Source: Hyalangium minutum
GTDB lineage: Bacteria > Myxococcota > Myxococcia > Myxococcales > Myxococcaceae
Assembly (NCBI RefSeq): GCF_000737315.1
Contig: NZ_JMCB01000009.1
Span: forward strand, 248,001-312,000
Reading direction: 5' to 3'
DNA: 64,000 nt
Under the pieces are notes generated by a model, which was given only the letters and a program-made list of their open reading frames with translations, made no database searches and had not been told where the DNA came from. The translations under genes and the position numbers were made by a program. Positions 45,610-55,788 of the stretch are shown here, piece by piece. Within the stretch, counting starts at the first letter, position 1. Every line of letters starts with the position of its first letter.

Positions 45610-47919
45610 TTACGTCAGCCGTTCGATGGTCTGAGCCAGGATCTCTACGCCCAGCTCGCCCTTGACGAGGTAGCCGTCCGCTCCCGCCTCCAGGCCGCGC
45701 CGCTTGTCCTCGGGTGAAGCCAGCGAGGACAGGATGATGACCGGAATGCGCGCCACCGCGGGCGTCGTCTTCAGCCGCCGCGTGAGCGAGAACCCGTCCA
45801 TCTTCGGCATCTGCACGTCCGTGAGGATCAGATCGTACGTGTTGACCTGCACCTTGGCGTAGGCCTCCTCGCCGTCCTGGGCCTCCTCCACCGAGTGGCC
45901 CAGCGCCTTGACCAGTGCACCCTCCGTGGCGCGAGCAATGGGCGAGTCATCCACCAGCAGCACTCGCAGCCGGTTGGAGGACTTCTGCTGGGTGACGGGG
46001 CGGGCCATGCGGCGCACCTCGGCCATGATGTCCGGCACGTGGCAGAGCACGGCGACGCGGCCGTCCTCGAGCGCCGCAGTGCCCGCGATGAAGGGAGCTC
46101 CCTTGAGGAAGTCCCCGCCGCAGGGCTTCACGGCCACCTCGCGCTCGTCCACGAAGCCGTCCACCACCAGGGCGGCGTTGTCCTCGCCGTGGCGGACCAC
46201 CACGGCGGGCGGCTTCTCCATTCGGTTGCCACCGTTGACGCCCAGCAGCGGCCCCATGGCCACCAGAGCGATGGGCTTCTCGCGGTGCTTCACGGCCAGG
46301 GTACCGAAGACCTCCATCCGGTCCTCGGGCTTCACGCGCGTCACCGCCACCACGTCCGCCGCGGGGATGCCGTAGACGTCATCGCCCAGGCGCACCAGCA
46401 GCACCTTCATGAGCGCCAGCGACTGAGGCAGGCGCAGGGTGATGGTGGTGCCGCGGCCGATGCGGCTGGCCACGCTCACCGAGCCGCCCAGCGTCTCCAC
46501 CTTGCGCTTCACCACGTCCATGCCCACGCCGCGGCCGGAGATCTCGTTCACCTGCTCGCGGGTGGAGAAGCCGGGGCGGAAGATGAGCTCCATGGCCTCG
46601 CGCTCGGACATCGCGGCGGCTTGGGGCTGCGTGAGCAGCCGCCGGTTGACGGCCACCGTCTTCAGGCGCTCTGGATCGATGCCCCGGCCGTCGTCCTCCA
46701 CCTGGATGTGGAGCATGTCGCCGTCGGCGCGGACGCGGATGCGGACCTTGCCCATCGGCGCCTTGCCCAGCTGCGTGCGGGCATCTGGCGTCTCCAAGCC
46801 GTGGTCCACCGCGTTGCGCAGCAGGTGCACCAGCGCATCGCGAACGTCCGACAGCATGGAGCGGTCCACGCCCATGTCGGAGTTCTCGATGACGAGGTCC
46901 ACTTCCTTGCCCTGATTGCGCGCCAGCTCGCGCATGGCGCGAGGGAAAGCCTCGAACACCGTGGACAACGGCACGAGCCGCGCCTCGGCTACCGTGTCCG
47001 CCATCTTGGCCAGGTTGCCGTGCAGCGTGTTCATGCCGTCGTCGTTGCGGCGCAAGAACCGGAAGGCGTCGTCCCGCAGCGCGTGCAGGTCGCTCTCGAT
47101 GCCCTCCAGGTGGGCCCGCACCTCTGGCGAGAGCGTCATCTCCTCGCCCACCTTGAGGAAGCGATCGCTCAGGTGGGAGAAGCGCTCGAAGAGCTGAGCG
47201 GTCTCCAGGCCTCGGAGCCGGCCGCGCGCGCTCTCCACCAGCAGATCGCCCGCGAGCACGCCGAGCGAGTCGAGGATCTCGACGTTCACGCGAATGCTGC
47301 GGTCGGCCACGGTCGGCTTGGCGGCCTTCTCCGCCGCCGGAGCCTCGTCCTCGGGCTTGGCCTGCGCCGGAGCCACGACCGGAGCCGAAGCCTTGGCGGG
47401 AGACTGTGCCGCGGTGGCGCGGCTCAGGGACTCCGCCGAAGCCATGGCTGCGGACACAGGAGCCGCGGCAGGCGCGGGCTTCGCGGCAGGCGCGGGCTTC
47501 GCGGCCTGCGGCTTGTTGCCCAGGGGCGGAGCGGGATGGCCGGAGGCCTCCGCGAGCGCCTTGACCATCTCCTCGCTGCCCTGGGTGCCGGTGTGAGCGC
47601 CAGGCAGGTCTTCGATCAGATCCGAGAGGACGTCACAGGCGCGCAGGAGCAGATCGGTGGCCACCTCGGTCGCCGTCTTGCCCTCACGCTCGGCACGCAG
47701 CACGTCCTCGGCGGCGTGCGCCAGCTGGCCGATGGCGGCGAGCCCCAGCATGCGGGCCTCGCCCTTCATCGTGTGCAGCTCGCGCGCGACATCGTCCGCC
47801 GCCTGCTCCGCATTCTCCTTCTCGAGGTCCAGGACCCCGAGCTGGATCTTCTGCAGCCGGTCGGCGGTGACCTCCTGGAACTTCTTCAGGAGGGATTTCT
47901 TGAGCGCCTCGGTATCCAT
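45610..47919 (-). CDS. frzE: FrzE, CheA-CheY hybrid kinase
   Basis: MDTEALKKSLLKKF, Hpt LHTMKGEA, HLLRNAVDHG, GFSTRE, SGRGVGMDVV, CheW-like domain, receiver LTDVQMP. Confidence 0.96.
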   Translation of the reverse strand: MDTEALKKSLLKKFQEVTADRLQKIQLGVLDLEKENAEQAADDVARELHTMKGEARMLGLAAIGQLAHAAEDVLRAEREGKTATEVATDLLLRACDVLSDLIEDLPGAHTGTQGSEEMVKALAEASGHPAPPLGNKPQAAKPAPAAKPAPAAAPVSAAMASAESLSRATAAQSPAKASAPVVAPAQAKPEDEAPAAEKAAKPTVADRSIRVNVEILDSLGVLAGDLLVESARGRLRGLETAQLFERFSHLSDRFLKVGEEMTLSPEVRAHLEGIESDLHALRDDAFRFLRRNDDGMNTLHGNLAKMADTVAEARLVPLSTVFEAFPRAMRELARNQGKEVDLVIENSDMGVDRSMLSDVRDALVHLLRNAVDHGLETPDARTQLGKAPMGKVRIRVRADGDMLHIQVEDDGRGIDPERLKTVAVNRRLLTQPQAAAMSEREAMELIFRPGFSTREQVNEISGRGVGMDVVKRKVETLGGSVSVASRIGRGTTITLRLPQSLALMKVLLVRLGDDVYGIPAADVVAVTRVKPEDRMEVFGTLAVKHREKPIALVAMGPLLGVNGGNRMEKPPAVVVRHGEDNAALVVDGFVDEREVAVKPCGGDFLKGAPFIAGTAALEDGRVAVLCHVPDIMAEVRRMARPVTQQKSSNRLRVLLVDDSPIARATEGALVKALGHSVEEAQDGEEAYAKVQVNTYDLILTDVQMPKMDGFSLTRRLKTTPAVARIPVIILSSLASPEDKRRGLEAGADGYLVKGELGVEILAQTIERLT
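47465..47505 (+). repeat. 18-nt tandem repeat x2.3 in the FrzE linker (KPAPAA)
   Basis: gcggcaggcgcgggcttc twice, then gcggc. Confidence 0.8.
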
Positions 47920-47981
47920 GGCCGGTGGGGCTCCGGGGGGCAAAGGCAGCCGGGGGAGCTACCTGAGCCCTCCGAAGAGTC

Positions 47982-49247
47982 TCAGTCCGCCTTGAAGCGC
48001 TTGATGAGCTCGGCGAGCCGGCCCGCAAGCTGCGAGAGTTCCGCGGACGCGCCCGTGGCCTGCTTGGAGGCCTGGGTCGTCTGCCGGGTCACGTCCTCGA
48101 TCTCGGCCATGGAGGCCACCACCTGCTCGGTGGCCGTGCGCTGCTGCTGCGTGGCGAGGTTGATGACGCGCGCCGCGTCGCTGGTCTCCTGAACACCGGC
48201 GAGGATGCCCTCGACGGCCTGCGCGGCCACGGCGCCCAGCTTCTCGCCGGACTCGGTGGCCACCTTGGAGGCGTCCGCCGCGCTGCCCGCGTTGGCGGTG
48301 GCCTCGCGGATCTCCGTGATCAGGCTCTTGATCTCCTTGGTGGAGTCCAGGACGTTCTCCGCCAGCCGCCGCATCTCCGCCGCGACGATGGAGAAGCCCT
48401 TGCCGGCCTCACCGGCGCGGCTGCCCTCGAGCGCCGCGTTGAGCGCGAGCAGGTCCGAGCGGTCGGCGATCTCGTCGATCACCTCCACCACGGTGCCGAT
48501 GCGCTCCACGCGCTTGGACAGCTTGGCGATGGAGTCCGCCACGGCGATCCCGTCGCTGCGGATCTGCTGCATGGCCTGGATGAACTCGGCGATGGCGCCC
48601 CGGCCCGCGCGGGCGGCACCCAGCGTCTCCTCGGCCACGCGCGCCACGGCGCCGGCGTTCTCGGCGATCTGCGCGGAGGCGTGCTTCAGCTCCTCCATGG
48701 TCGCCGTCGTCTCGTGGATGGCGGCGGCCTGTTCAGTAGAGGACGTCTCGTGCTGGGTGGAGGCCGCGAGCACCTGGTTGGCGGACGAGGACAGGCGCAG
48801 GGCCGCCTCGTTCATCTCGCGCACGAAGGTGCGCAGGGTCTCGATGACCTTGCCAAAGCCCTCGAGCAGCGGGGCCAGCTGAGGATCCTCGGTGGAGGTG
48901 TTCCAGCGGGACAGGTCGCCCTCGCGCACCAGGGCGATGAGCGAGTCCAGCGCCTGATCAATCTCCTGAGCCGCCACCTGCTTGCGGTGCTCGGACTCGG
49001 AGAAGCGCTCCAGGACCTGGTTGAGCAGTCCGCCCAGCTCGCCGTACTCGCCGCCGACGGTCTCCGGCACGACGCGGGCCTGGAGGTTTCCCGCCAGCAC
49101 CGAGCGCAGGGTGTCCGAGAGCGCCTTGAGCGCCAGGCCATTCCCGTTCGGGGCGGGAGCGGTGGTCTTCGCCGCCGTCTTCGAGGCCGCGGGCTTCTTC
49201 GTTCCGCGGCTCTTCGCCGGCTTGTCGTTCGTGGTGTCCAAAGCCAT
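47982..49247 (-). CDS. frzCD: FrzCD cytoplasmic methyl-accepting chemoreceptor
   Basis: Basic N-terminus, no transmembrane segment, IADRSDLLALNAALEGSRAGEAGKGFSIVAAEMRRLAE, ends LIKRFKAD. Confidence 0.97.
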   Translation of the reverse strand: MALDTTNDKPAKSRGTKKPAASKTAAKTTAPAPNGNGLALKALSDTLRSVLAGNLQARVVPETVGGEYGELGGLLNQVLERFSESEHRKQVAAQEIDQALDSLIALVREGDLSRWNTSTEDPQLAPLLEGFGKVIETLRTFVREMNEAALRLSSSANQVLAASTQHETSSTEQAAAIHETTATMEELKHASAQIAENAGAVARVAEETLGAARAGRGAIAEFIQAMQQIRSDGIAVADSIAKLSKRVERIGTVVEVIDEIADRSDLLALNAALEGSRAGEAGKGFSIVAAEMRRLAENVLDSTKEIKSLITEIREATANAGSAADASKVATESGEKLGAVAAQAVEGILAGVQETSDAARVINLATQQQRTATEQVVASMAEIEDVTRQTTQASKQATGASAELSQLAGRLAELIKRFKAD

Positions 49248-49252
49248 TGCTG

Positions 49253-49654
49253 TCAGTGCCTTCCTTGAGTCCTAGCGGTTTCGACCAAATCGATGAGCAA
49301 CACGAGGCGGGTCTGATCCAGACACGCGCCGATGGTAAAGGGGGCGGCGTTCACGGCGGGCGGGAGCTGCCGCAGGTTCGCGATGAGGATGGGGCGCACG
49401 GCGTGCACCACATCCACCTTGAGGTGGGCCTCGCCCTGCGAGGTGGAGAAGACGAGCGCCCGCCGACCGCGGCGCAACTCACCCAGCGACGGCACGGAGA
49501 GATCCTCCGGCAGCGCGCGCTCGATGCGCAGCACCTGCGAGGCGTCCGTGCCGTAGAGCCGGTCGCCGATCTCGAAGAAGAGGACATCCACCTCGTCTTC
49601 GAGGCGCTGCTCCTGTTGTTCCTGCTCCTGCTCCTGCTCCTGCTGCAGCATCAT
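49253..49654 (-). CDS. frzB: FrzB, CheW-like protein
   Basis: ATG 49654 overlaps the frzA stop; EDEVDVLFFEIG...LVLLIDLVET; position in the frz operon. Confidence 0.85.
   Translation of the reverse strand: MMLQQEQEQEQEQQEQRLEDEVDVLFFEIGDRLYGTDASQVLRIERALPEDLSVPSLGELRRGRRALVFSTSQGEAHLKVDVVHAVRPILIANLRQLPPAVNAAPFTIGACLDQTRLVLLIDLVETARTQGRH
49621..49644 (+). repeat. (CCTGCT)4 hexanucleotide repeat encoding QEQEQEQE at the FrzB N-terminus
   Basis: cctgct x4, with degenerate flanking copies. Confidence 0.85.
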
Positions 49655-50166
49655 CGGGACACCGCCCGCTGCCGCGCCGTCTGGAGCAACTTGGAGAAGT
49701 TGAGCAGGTTGATGGTCTCCTCGGCGGTGGGCCCAGCCACCACGCCCAGCATGTGCTCGGTGGCGGCGTCCGCGCCCATGGGCGGCGGGAGGATGTCCGA
49801 GACGAGGATCTTCCTCAGGCCCAGCACGGTGTCGGCCACCACGCCAGCCACGTAGGTGCCGCTGACGCCCACGAAGAGGCGAGTGCGCGGCATGATGCGC
49901 GCCTCGCCCTTGGCCAGGAAGCGCAGCAGATCCATGACGGGGAGCACCTCGCCCCGGTGGCCGGTGACGCCGAGCAGGAACGACGGAGCCCGGGGCAACG
50001 GCGTGAGGAGCCCGGCCCGAAGCACTTCGAGCACGTTCTCGCTCGGGACACCGAGGCGAAGGTTCCCTACACGGAAGCAGAAGAACTCTTGCTCCGGCCG
50101 GGCCTGGGCCGAGACAGCGCGGGCGGGCGCGATCCGAAGCGCGCGTTGAAGGGGAGTCGAATTCAA
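49651..50166 (-). CDS. frzA: FrzA, CheW adaptor
   Basis: FFCFRVG, VLEVLR, LTPLPRAPSFLLGVTGHRGEVLPVMDL. Confidence 0.93.
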   Translation of the reverse strand: MNSTPLQRALRIAPARAVSAQARPEQEFFCFRVGNLRLGVPSENVLEVLRAGLLTPLPRAPSFLLGVTGHRGEVLPVMDLLRFLAKGEARIMPRTRLFVGVSGTYVAGVVADTVLGLRKILVSDILPPPMGADAATEHMLGVVAGPTAEETINLLNFSKLLQTARQRAVSR

Positions 50167-50295
50167 GGACGCAAAGTATCCGGAGGCGACAAAAACCGGT
50201 CAAGGGGACATGGCAGGTTGCCTGCTTGCATGCCGTTTCGATGGTCCCCCACGCAGCAACAGTGTAGGGTTGTTTCTGGTCCTTAGAGGAGGCAG

Positions 50296-51162
50296 ATGTC
50301 CCGCGTATTGGTCATCGACGACAGCCCGATGCTGGTGGAGCTCACCGTCCGGGCGTTGACCGCGGCAGGCTACCATGCAAGCGGCGCGATGGACTTGGCG
50401 AGCCTCGAGCAGAAGCTCTCCGAGGGGCCAGCCGCGCTGATCCTGATGGACGTCAACATGCCGGAGATGTTCGGTGACGACGTCGTCGAGTACCTGCGCA
50501 CCATGAAGAAGGTCTCCTCGAAGCTGGTCCTGTACTCGGACATCCCCGAGGCGGAGCTGGCGACGAAGGCGAAGACCTCCGGAGCGGACGGCTACATCGT
50601 CAAGGGCCAGGGCCTGGAGGCGGTGCTGACCGAGGTCATCAAGCTGATTGGTCCTCCGGCGATCACCGCGATCCCCCCGGTCTCCTCCCCGTCTGACCCC
50701 GCTCCCACCTCCACCCCACCCACATCCAGTGGTCCGGCCACCCCAGCGGCCCCTGCCTCGGGCGCCCAGGCCTCGGGCAAGCGCAAGCCGCGCATCCTGA
50801 TCGTCGATGACAGCGAGATGACGGCGCGCATCATCGAGGCGGACCTGGTGGCCAAGGGCTTCGAGGTCCACTACGCGGACACGGCGGACAAGGCGACGAA
50901 GATCATCCTCAAGAAGCAGACCCGGCCGGATCTGGTGCTGCTGGACGTGAGGATGCCGAACGTGAACGGCGAGCAGTTCTGCCGGTTCATCAAGAGCAAC
51001 AGCCTGTTCAAGGGCATCAAGGTGCTGCTCTGTTCAGGGGAGAACGTCGAGGAGCTGCAGCGCATCTGCCGCGAGGCCGGGGCGGACGGCTACGTCCCCA
51101 AGGACGCGGTGATGAGCAGCCTGGTGGCCCGAGAGCTGAACCCGGCGCCCACCCCGGAGTAG
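50296..51162 (+). CDS. frzZ: FrzZ, dual receiver (CheY-CheY) protein
   Basis: MSRVLVIDDSPMLVELTVRAL...LMDVNMP; P/S/T/A linker; second receiver ILIVDDS...LLDVRMP; divergent from frzA. Confidence 0.95.
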   Translation: MSRVLVIDDSPMLVELTVRALTAAGYHASGAMDLASLEQKLSEGPAALILMDVNMPEMFGDDVVEYLRTMKKVSSKLVLYSDIPEAELATKAKTSGADGYIVKGQGLEAVLTEVIKLIGPPAITAIPPVSSPSDPAPTSTPPTSSGPATPAAPASGAQASGKRKPRILIVDDSEMTARIIEADLVAKGFEVHYADTADKATKIILKKQTRPDLVLLDVRMPNVNGEQFCRFIKSNSLFKGIKVLLCSGENVEELQRICREAGADGYVPKDAVMSSLVARELNPAPTPE

Positions 51163-51168
51163 CGGCCC

Positions 51169-52473
51169 CTACGCAGGGCCTGCCGCGTTGGCCCGCTCGT
51201 CGAGCCCTCGGGCGAAGTTCCCGATGATCAACCCCGGCCGCGCGGCCTTCAGGCGCTTGAGCAGCTCGCGAATCCCCACCGGCTCGCCGCCCGCGCCCTT
51301 CTCCCGCGCCACCTCCAGGTACTGGATCGGATCGATGCACAACGAGCGCGTCTGCACCTGATCCACCTGGTACTTGCGCACCAGCCGCTCCAGGGCCTGC
51401 ACCTCGCCCTCGCGGTCCGTGACGCCGGGGAACAACAGCAGGTTCAACGCCAGGTACCCGCCCCGCTCCCGCGCCAGCGCGATGGACGCCTCCACGTCCT
51501 CCCACGTGTACTTCACCGGCTTGTAGTAGGCCTCGTAGAGCTCCTTCACCGCCGAGTTCAGCGACACGCGCACCGCGTCCAGCCCCGAGTCGAACAGCGC
51601 CGCCAGCCCGTGCGTCAGGCTCGCGTTCGTATTGATGTTGATGGAGCCCTTGTCCGTCCGCTCTCGCATGTAGCGGATGGCCTCGGCGATGGCCTTGTAC
51701 CGGGTGAGCGGCTCACCCTCGCAGCCCTGACCGAAGCTCACCATCGTCCGGCCTCCCGCGCGCTCCAGGTGGTAGAGGCCAATCACCCCCATCTCCTCCC
51801 CGGAGGGCCCGTCGTCCATGCGCTCGTGAGAGGCCGGAGGACCGTCCTCGGGCTGATCCGAGATGCACCCCACGCACCGCGCGTTGCACATGACGGAGGC
51901 TGGGATGGCCGCCTCGTCCCGCACATAGAAGGTGTTCTGCGAGGTGAAGCACCGGTACAGCAGCGCGCACGTCTTCAGCTGCTTCAGCACCCGGTTGCCC
52001 GGGAAACGCGCCGTGTGCTCTTCCACCAGCGCGCGCATCTCCGGCGTCGAGTACCTCTCCGGGTCCCAGTGGCTCCGCGTGTCCGTGTGGATGGCCCACG
52101 CCACCGGCCCGTCCTTGCCCCACGCCGCCGCCGTGTACGCCCACTGCGGCAGGATCGGCCCGTCGCCCTTCACCTCGCCCGGCAGGAACGTGCGCGTGTA
52201 GCCCGGCGGCAGCAACGCGCCGACTGCGTTGGGCACAAATGATTTGCCGCCCACCTTCATTTCCCGCACCAGTTCCAGCTCGCCCGTGTCGGGGTTGAGC
52301 CCCACCGGCAGGCGGCCAGGGAGGTGCACGAGCCGCCCCGCGGCGGGCAGCGGGATGGGCCGGTCCTGGGGAGGAACCAGGTCCTCTCCGCTCCGGAGGG
52401 TGGCAATCAGGTACGGGTGCTCCATCACCCGTCCCTTGGGATCGGCGAACAGCAGCTTGGGACCGGACGTCAT
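51169..52473 (-). CDS. Radical SAM protein of unknown function
   Basis: CNARCVGC (CxxxCxxC), SFGQGCEGEPL, ININTN, VRVSLNS. Confidence 0.9.
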   Translation of the reverse strand: MTSGPKLLFADPKGRVMEHPYLIATLRSGEDLVPPQDRPIPLPAAGRLVHLPGRLPVGLNPDTGELELVREMKVGGKSFVPNAVGALLPPGYTRTFLPGEVKGDGPILPQWAYTAAAWGKDGPVAWAIHTDTRSHWDPERYSTPEMRALVEEHTARFPGNRVLKQLKTCALLYRCFTSQNTFYVRDEAAIPASVMCNARCVGCISDQPEDGPPASHERMDDGPSGEEMGVIGLYHLERAGGRTMVSFGQGCEGEPLTRYKAIAEAIRYMRERTDKGSININTNASLTHGLAALFDSGLDAVRVSLNSAVKELYEAYYKPVKYTWEDVEASIALARERGGYLALNLLLFPGVTDREGEVQALERLVRKYQVDQVQTRSLCIDPIQYLEVAREKGAGGEPVGIRELLKRLKAARPGLIIGNFARGLDERANAAGPA

Positions 52474-52678
52474 GCCTCCTTAACTACCACCGCCGCTCCT
52501 TCCCTTCGATGATTGGCTGACGCGAAGGCGCTCGGATGCGTCGCCGTGCGTCATCAAAACGGCGCGCCGCAGCACGCTTGTCTGCTTGCAGGAGCCATGA
52601 GCGGCGCTCCGGGGGGTGCCTTGATTCCCCAAAGTCCACTGGTATGGTCCGCCCGCTTTTTACCCCTGGAGGCACGTC

Positions 52679-53809
52679 TTGATCGTCGGAGTTCCCAAGG
52701 AGATCAAAACCCGTGAGTACCGCGTCGGCATGGTGCCCGCGGGCGTCCGCGCGCTCACCAGCGCCGGACACACCGTGCTCGTCGAGCAGAATGCTGGCGT
52801 TGGCTCCGGCATCCCCGACTCCGAGTACGTGCGCGTCGGTGCGCAGATCGTCAAGAGCGCGGACGAGGTCTGGTCGCGCTCGGAGATGATCGTCAAGGTC
52901 AAGGAGCCCGTGGCTCCCGAGTACGAGCGCATTCAGCAGGGCCAGATCATCTACACCTACTTCCACCTGGCCGGCGTGGACCCGGAGCTCACCAAGACGC
53001 TGGTGAAGAAGAAGGCCGCCGCGGTGGCCTACGAGACGCTGCAGCTGGATGACGGCAGCCTCCCCCTGCTCAAGCCCATGAGCGAGGTGGCCGGCAAGAT
53101 GGCCATCCAGGTCGGCGCCACCTGCCTGGAGAAGGCGCACGGCGGCAAGGGCATCCTGCTGGGCGGCGTGCCCGGCGTGCGCCGCGGCCGCGTGGCCATC
53201 ATCGGCGGTGGCGTGGTGGGCCTGTGCGCGGCCAAGGTCGCCGTGGGCATGGGCGCCGAGGTGACGATCCTCGACGTGAACCTGGAGCGCCTCACCTACC
53301 TGGATGACGTGTTCCTCGGCCGCGTGGCCACCCTGGCCTCGGACACCGAGTCCATTGCCCGCACCGTGCGCGAGTCGGATCTCGTCATCGGCGGCGTGCT
53401 CATCCCCGGCGGCAAGGCCCCCAAGCTCGTCTCCGAGGCCCTCATCAAGGAGATGGAGCCCGGCTCCGTCGTCGTCGACGTGGCGGTGGATCAGGGCGGC
53501 TGCATCGAGACGTGCAAGCCCACCACGCACGACAACCCCACGTACATGGTGCACGACGTGGTCCACTACTGCGTGGCCAACATGCCCGGCGCGGTGCCGC
53601 AGACGTCCACCTTCGCGCTCACCAACACCACCCGCCCATACGCGAAGAAGATCGCCGACATGGGCCTGATCGAGGCCGTGAAGTCCGACAAGGCCCTGGC
53701 CCGCGCGCTGAACACCTACGACGGCAAGGTCACCTACGAGGCCGTCGCCAAGGACCTGGGCTACGACTACGTGCCCCTGATGGACGCGTTCGGCGCCAAG
53801 GGCCGCTAG
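52679..53809 (+). CDS. ald: Alanine dehydrogenase
   Basis: [60 protein letters not shown]. Confidence 0.97.
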   Translation: MIVGVPKEIKTREYRVGMVPAGVRALTSAGHTVLVEQNAGVGSGIPDSEYVRVGAQIVKSADEVWSRSEMIVKVKEPVAPEYERIQQGQIIYTYFHLAGVDPELTKTLVKKKAAAVAYETLQLDDGSLPLLKPMSEVAGKMAIQVGATCLEKAHGGKGILLGGVPGVRRGRVAIIGGGVVGLCAAKVAVGMGAEVTILDVNLERLTYLDDVFLGRVATLASDTESIARTVRESDLVIGGVLIPGGKAPKLVSEALIKEMEPGSVVVDVAVDQGGCIETCKPTTHDNPTYMVHDVVHYCVANMPGAVPQTSTFALTNTTRPYAKKIADMGLIEAVKSDKALARALNTYDGKVTYEAVAKDLGYDYVPLMDAFGAKGR

Positions 53810-53838
53810 TCCGACAAGTCGGTACCTTGGCACACCCA

Positions 53839-53869
53839 GGGAGGTAGGGACGCCTGACCCCCTACCTCC
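53839..53869 (+). terminator. 11-bp hairpin downstream of ald
   Basis: gggaggtaggg - 9-nt loop - ccctacctccc, a perfect inverted repeat; no U-tract. Confidence 0.55.
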
Positions 53870-54044
53870 CCCGAAAGTTCTCGGAAATAAACGTTACCGC
53901 CATCTGTCCCCTGCCCTTAGGGGCGACCGTGCAAACGGCAACGAGGGGAAGAACGCGTTGTTGACCCGTCTGTTCCCGTGCATACATTGAGGGGCAGACA
54001 ACAACACCTTCGCCTGTAATTTCGGGCCTTTGGGAAGGCGGAAC

Positions 54045-54686
54045 ATGTTGGACTTCAGGCAACCAAACCGCACAAAGCAGGAATTCGAGGAGCTGGCCCT
54101 GGCCCATTTGGACCCGCTCTACTCGGCTGCTCTGCGACTGACCAAGAACGAGCGCGACGCCGAGGACCTGGTGCAGGACACCTGCATGCGGGCCTACCGG
54201 TTCTTCGACAAGTTCGAGCGCGGCACCAACATCAAGGCCTGGCTCTTCAAGATCCTCACCAACACCTTCATCAACCGCTATCGGCGCAAGGTGAAGGAGC
54301 GCACCGTGGTGGAGGGCGTGGAGCGCGAGGCCGTTCATGAGCGCTTCGTCAGCCGGGACGCGACGGACTTCGCAGCCAACCCGGAGCAGTACTTCTTCGA
54401 CAGGCTGCTGTCGGACGATGTGCTCCGCGCCATCGACTCGCTGCCCATCGACTTCCGGCTGGTGGTGATCCTCGCGGATTTGCAGGAGTTCTCCTACAAA
54501 GAGATCGCCGAGATCCTCGAGTGCCCGGTGGGTACGGTGATGAGCCGCCTCTTCCGTGGGCGCAAGCTCTTGCAGAAGACACTGCGCGAGTACGCGGAGG
54601 GCCAGGGTGTATTCCGCCATGAGGGCGAGCCCGTGGCGGCTCCAGCGAACCTGGAAGAGTACCGGCACAGGAAGAAGACGGGGTAG
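54045..54686 (+). CDS. rpoE1: ECF sigma factor (RpoE1 of the frz region)
   Basis: [43 protein letters not shown]; synteny between ald and frzS as in Myxococcus. Confidence 0.88.
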   Translation: MLDFRQPNRTKQEFEELALAHLDPLYSAALRLTKNERDAEDLVQDTCMRAYRFFDKFERGTNIKAWLFKILTNTFINRYRRKVKERTVVEGVEREAVHERFVSRDATDFAANPEQYFFDRLLSDDVLRAIDSLPIDFRLVVILADLQEFSYKEIAEILECPVGTVMSRLFRGRKLLQKTLREYAEGQGVFRHEGEPVAAPANLEEYRHRKKTG

Positions 54687-54756
54687 TAAGAGGTTGACGG
54701 GCCCGAGGGCATAATTGCCCGAGGGCCCGTGGCATATCCGCCCTCTTCGAGCGCTC

Positions 54757-55578
54757 ATGACCTGCCAGGAACTCGATCGCCTTCTCTACCCCTACCTCGA
54801 CGGCGAGTTTCAGCCCGAGGAGCGGCTGGATGTGGAGACCCACCTCGGTACGTGCGCGGACTGCGCGCGCCGAGCGGAGGAAGAAAGGCGTTTCCGGAAG
54901 GCCGTACGCCACTCCGTTCAGGCCAGCCGGGCCCCCGCCTCGCTCCGAGACGGAATCCAGCTGGGCCTGCGCCGCGAGCAGCGCCGCACCGCCCAGATGC
55001 AGTGGCTGCGCATGAGCGCCGCGGCGCTCGTGGTGGTCGCCGTGGGCGGCGGGTGGATCGCCATCCGCCCCGAGGAGCGGCACCGCTTCGCAGCGGACGC
55101 GGCCAAGCGCCACGCGAAGCCACTCCCCTTCGAGATCGCCAATGCGCCCCCGGAGCACGTGGAGGCGTGGTTCGACGGCAAGCTGGATCACCCCGTCGCC
55201 GTGCCCCGGCTGTCTCACGCCGAGATGAAGGGCGCGCGCATCACCAACGTGACGGACAAGCAGGCCGCCTACATCAGCTACGAGACGACGCCTGATCAGG
55301 ACGTCCAGCCCGGCCGCCGCGTGGGAGTCTTCGTGTTCGATGACTCGGGCCGCGAGGTGGAGGCCCGGGCGCTGCCGGATCTGCAGATGAACACGCTCGG
55401 CAGCGTCAATGTCGCCTTCTGGCGCGACGGGGAGCTCGTCTACGAGCTCGTCACGGATCTGGACGAGGCGGACATCCGCAAGCTGGTGCTACAGAAAGGT
55501 GGCACGGCGCGGATGAGCAACGCGCCGCGTCCCAGCGAGCCCTCCCTGCCGATCCGCCAGGTCTCTGACGTGCCCTGA
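54757..55578 (+). CDS. Zinc-finger (ZAS) anti-sigma factor with one transmembrane helix
   Basis: MTCQELDRLLYPYLDGE...HLGTCADC (HxxxCxxC); TM segment AAALVVVAVGGGW. Confidence 0.9.
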   Translation: MTCQELDRLLYPYLDGEFQPEERLDVETHLGTCADCARRAEEERRFRKAVRHSVQASRAPASLRDGIQLGLRREQRRTAQMQWLRMSAAALVVVAVGGGWIAIRPEERHRFAADAAKRHAKPLPFEIANAPPEHVEAWFDGKLDHPVAVPRLSHAEMKGARITNVTDKQAAYISYETTPDQDVQPGRRVGVFVFDDSGREVEARALPDLQMNTLGSVNVAFWRDGELVYELVTDLDEADIRKLVLQKGGTARMSNAPRPSEPSLPIRQVSDVP

Positions 55579-55788
55579 GGCCCCCTGCCCGCCGTCCGGG
55601 CGCGGCGAGGGGCTGTTCTGCACTGCTCGTCCGGCTGGCCGCTGAGGGATCACCACCGGACAGGGTCCAGGCCCGAACATTGACGGTCCTGGGGAGGGCC
55701 GATAGCCTCGCGGGAGCAGAAATTTCGCACGCTGCCGCTCGCGCGTGGCCCTCCGGCCGCGCCGCTCCTCAGGTCGGGCCGTCCGTTC

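Noticed and set aside
45895-48192. 765-aa plus-strand ORF and other long ORFs opposite frz, birA and hom (e.g. 58884-60851)
   Set aside because: Antisense shadows of well-identified genes.
49655-50203. 5' extension of the frzB ORF (316 aa)
   Set aside because: Out-of-frame overlap with frzA; frzB starts at 49654.
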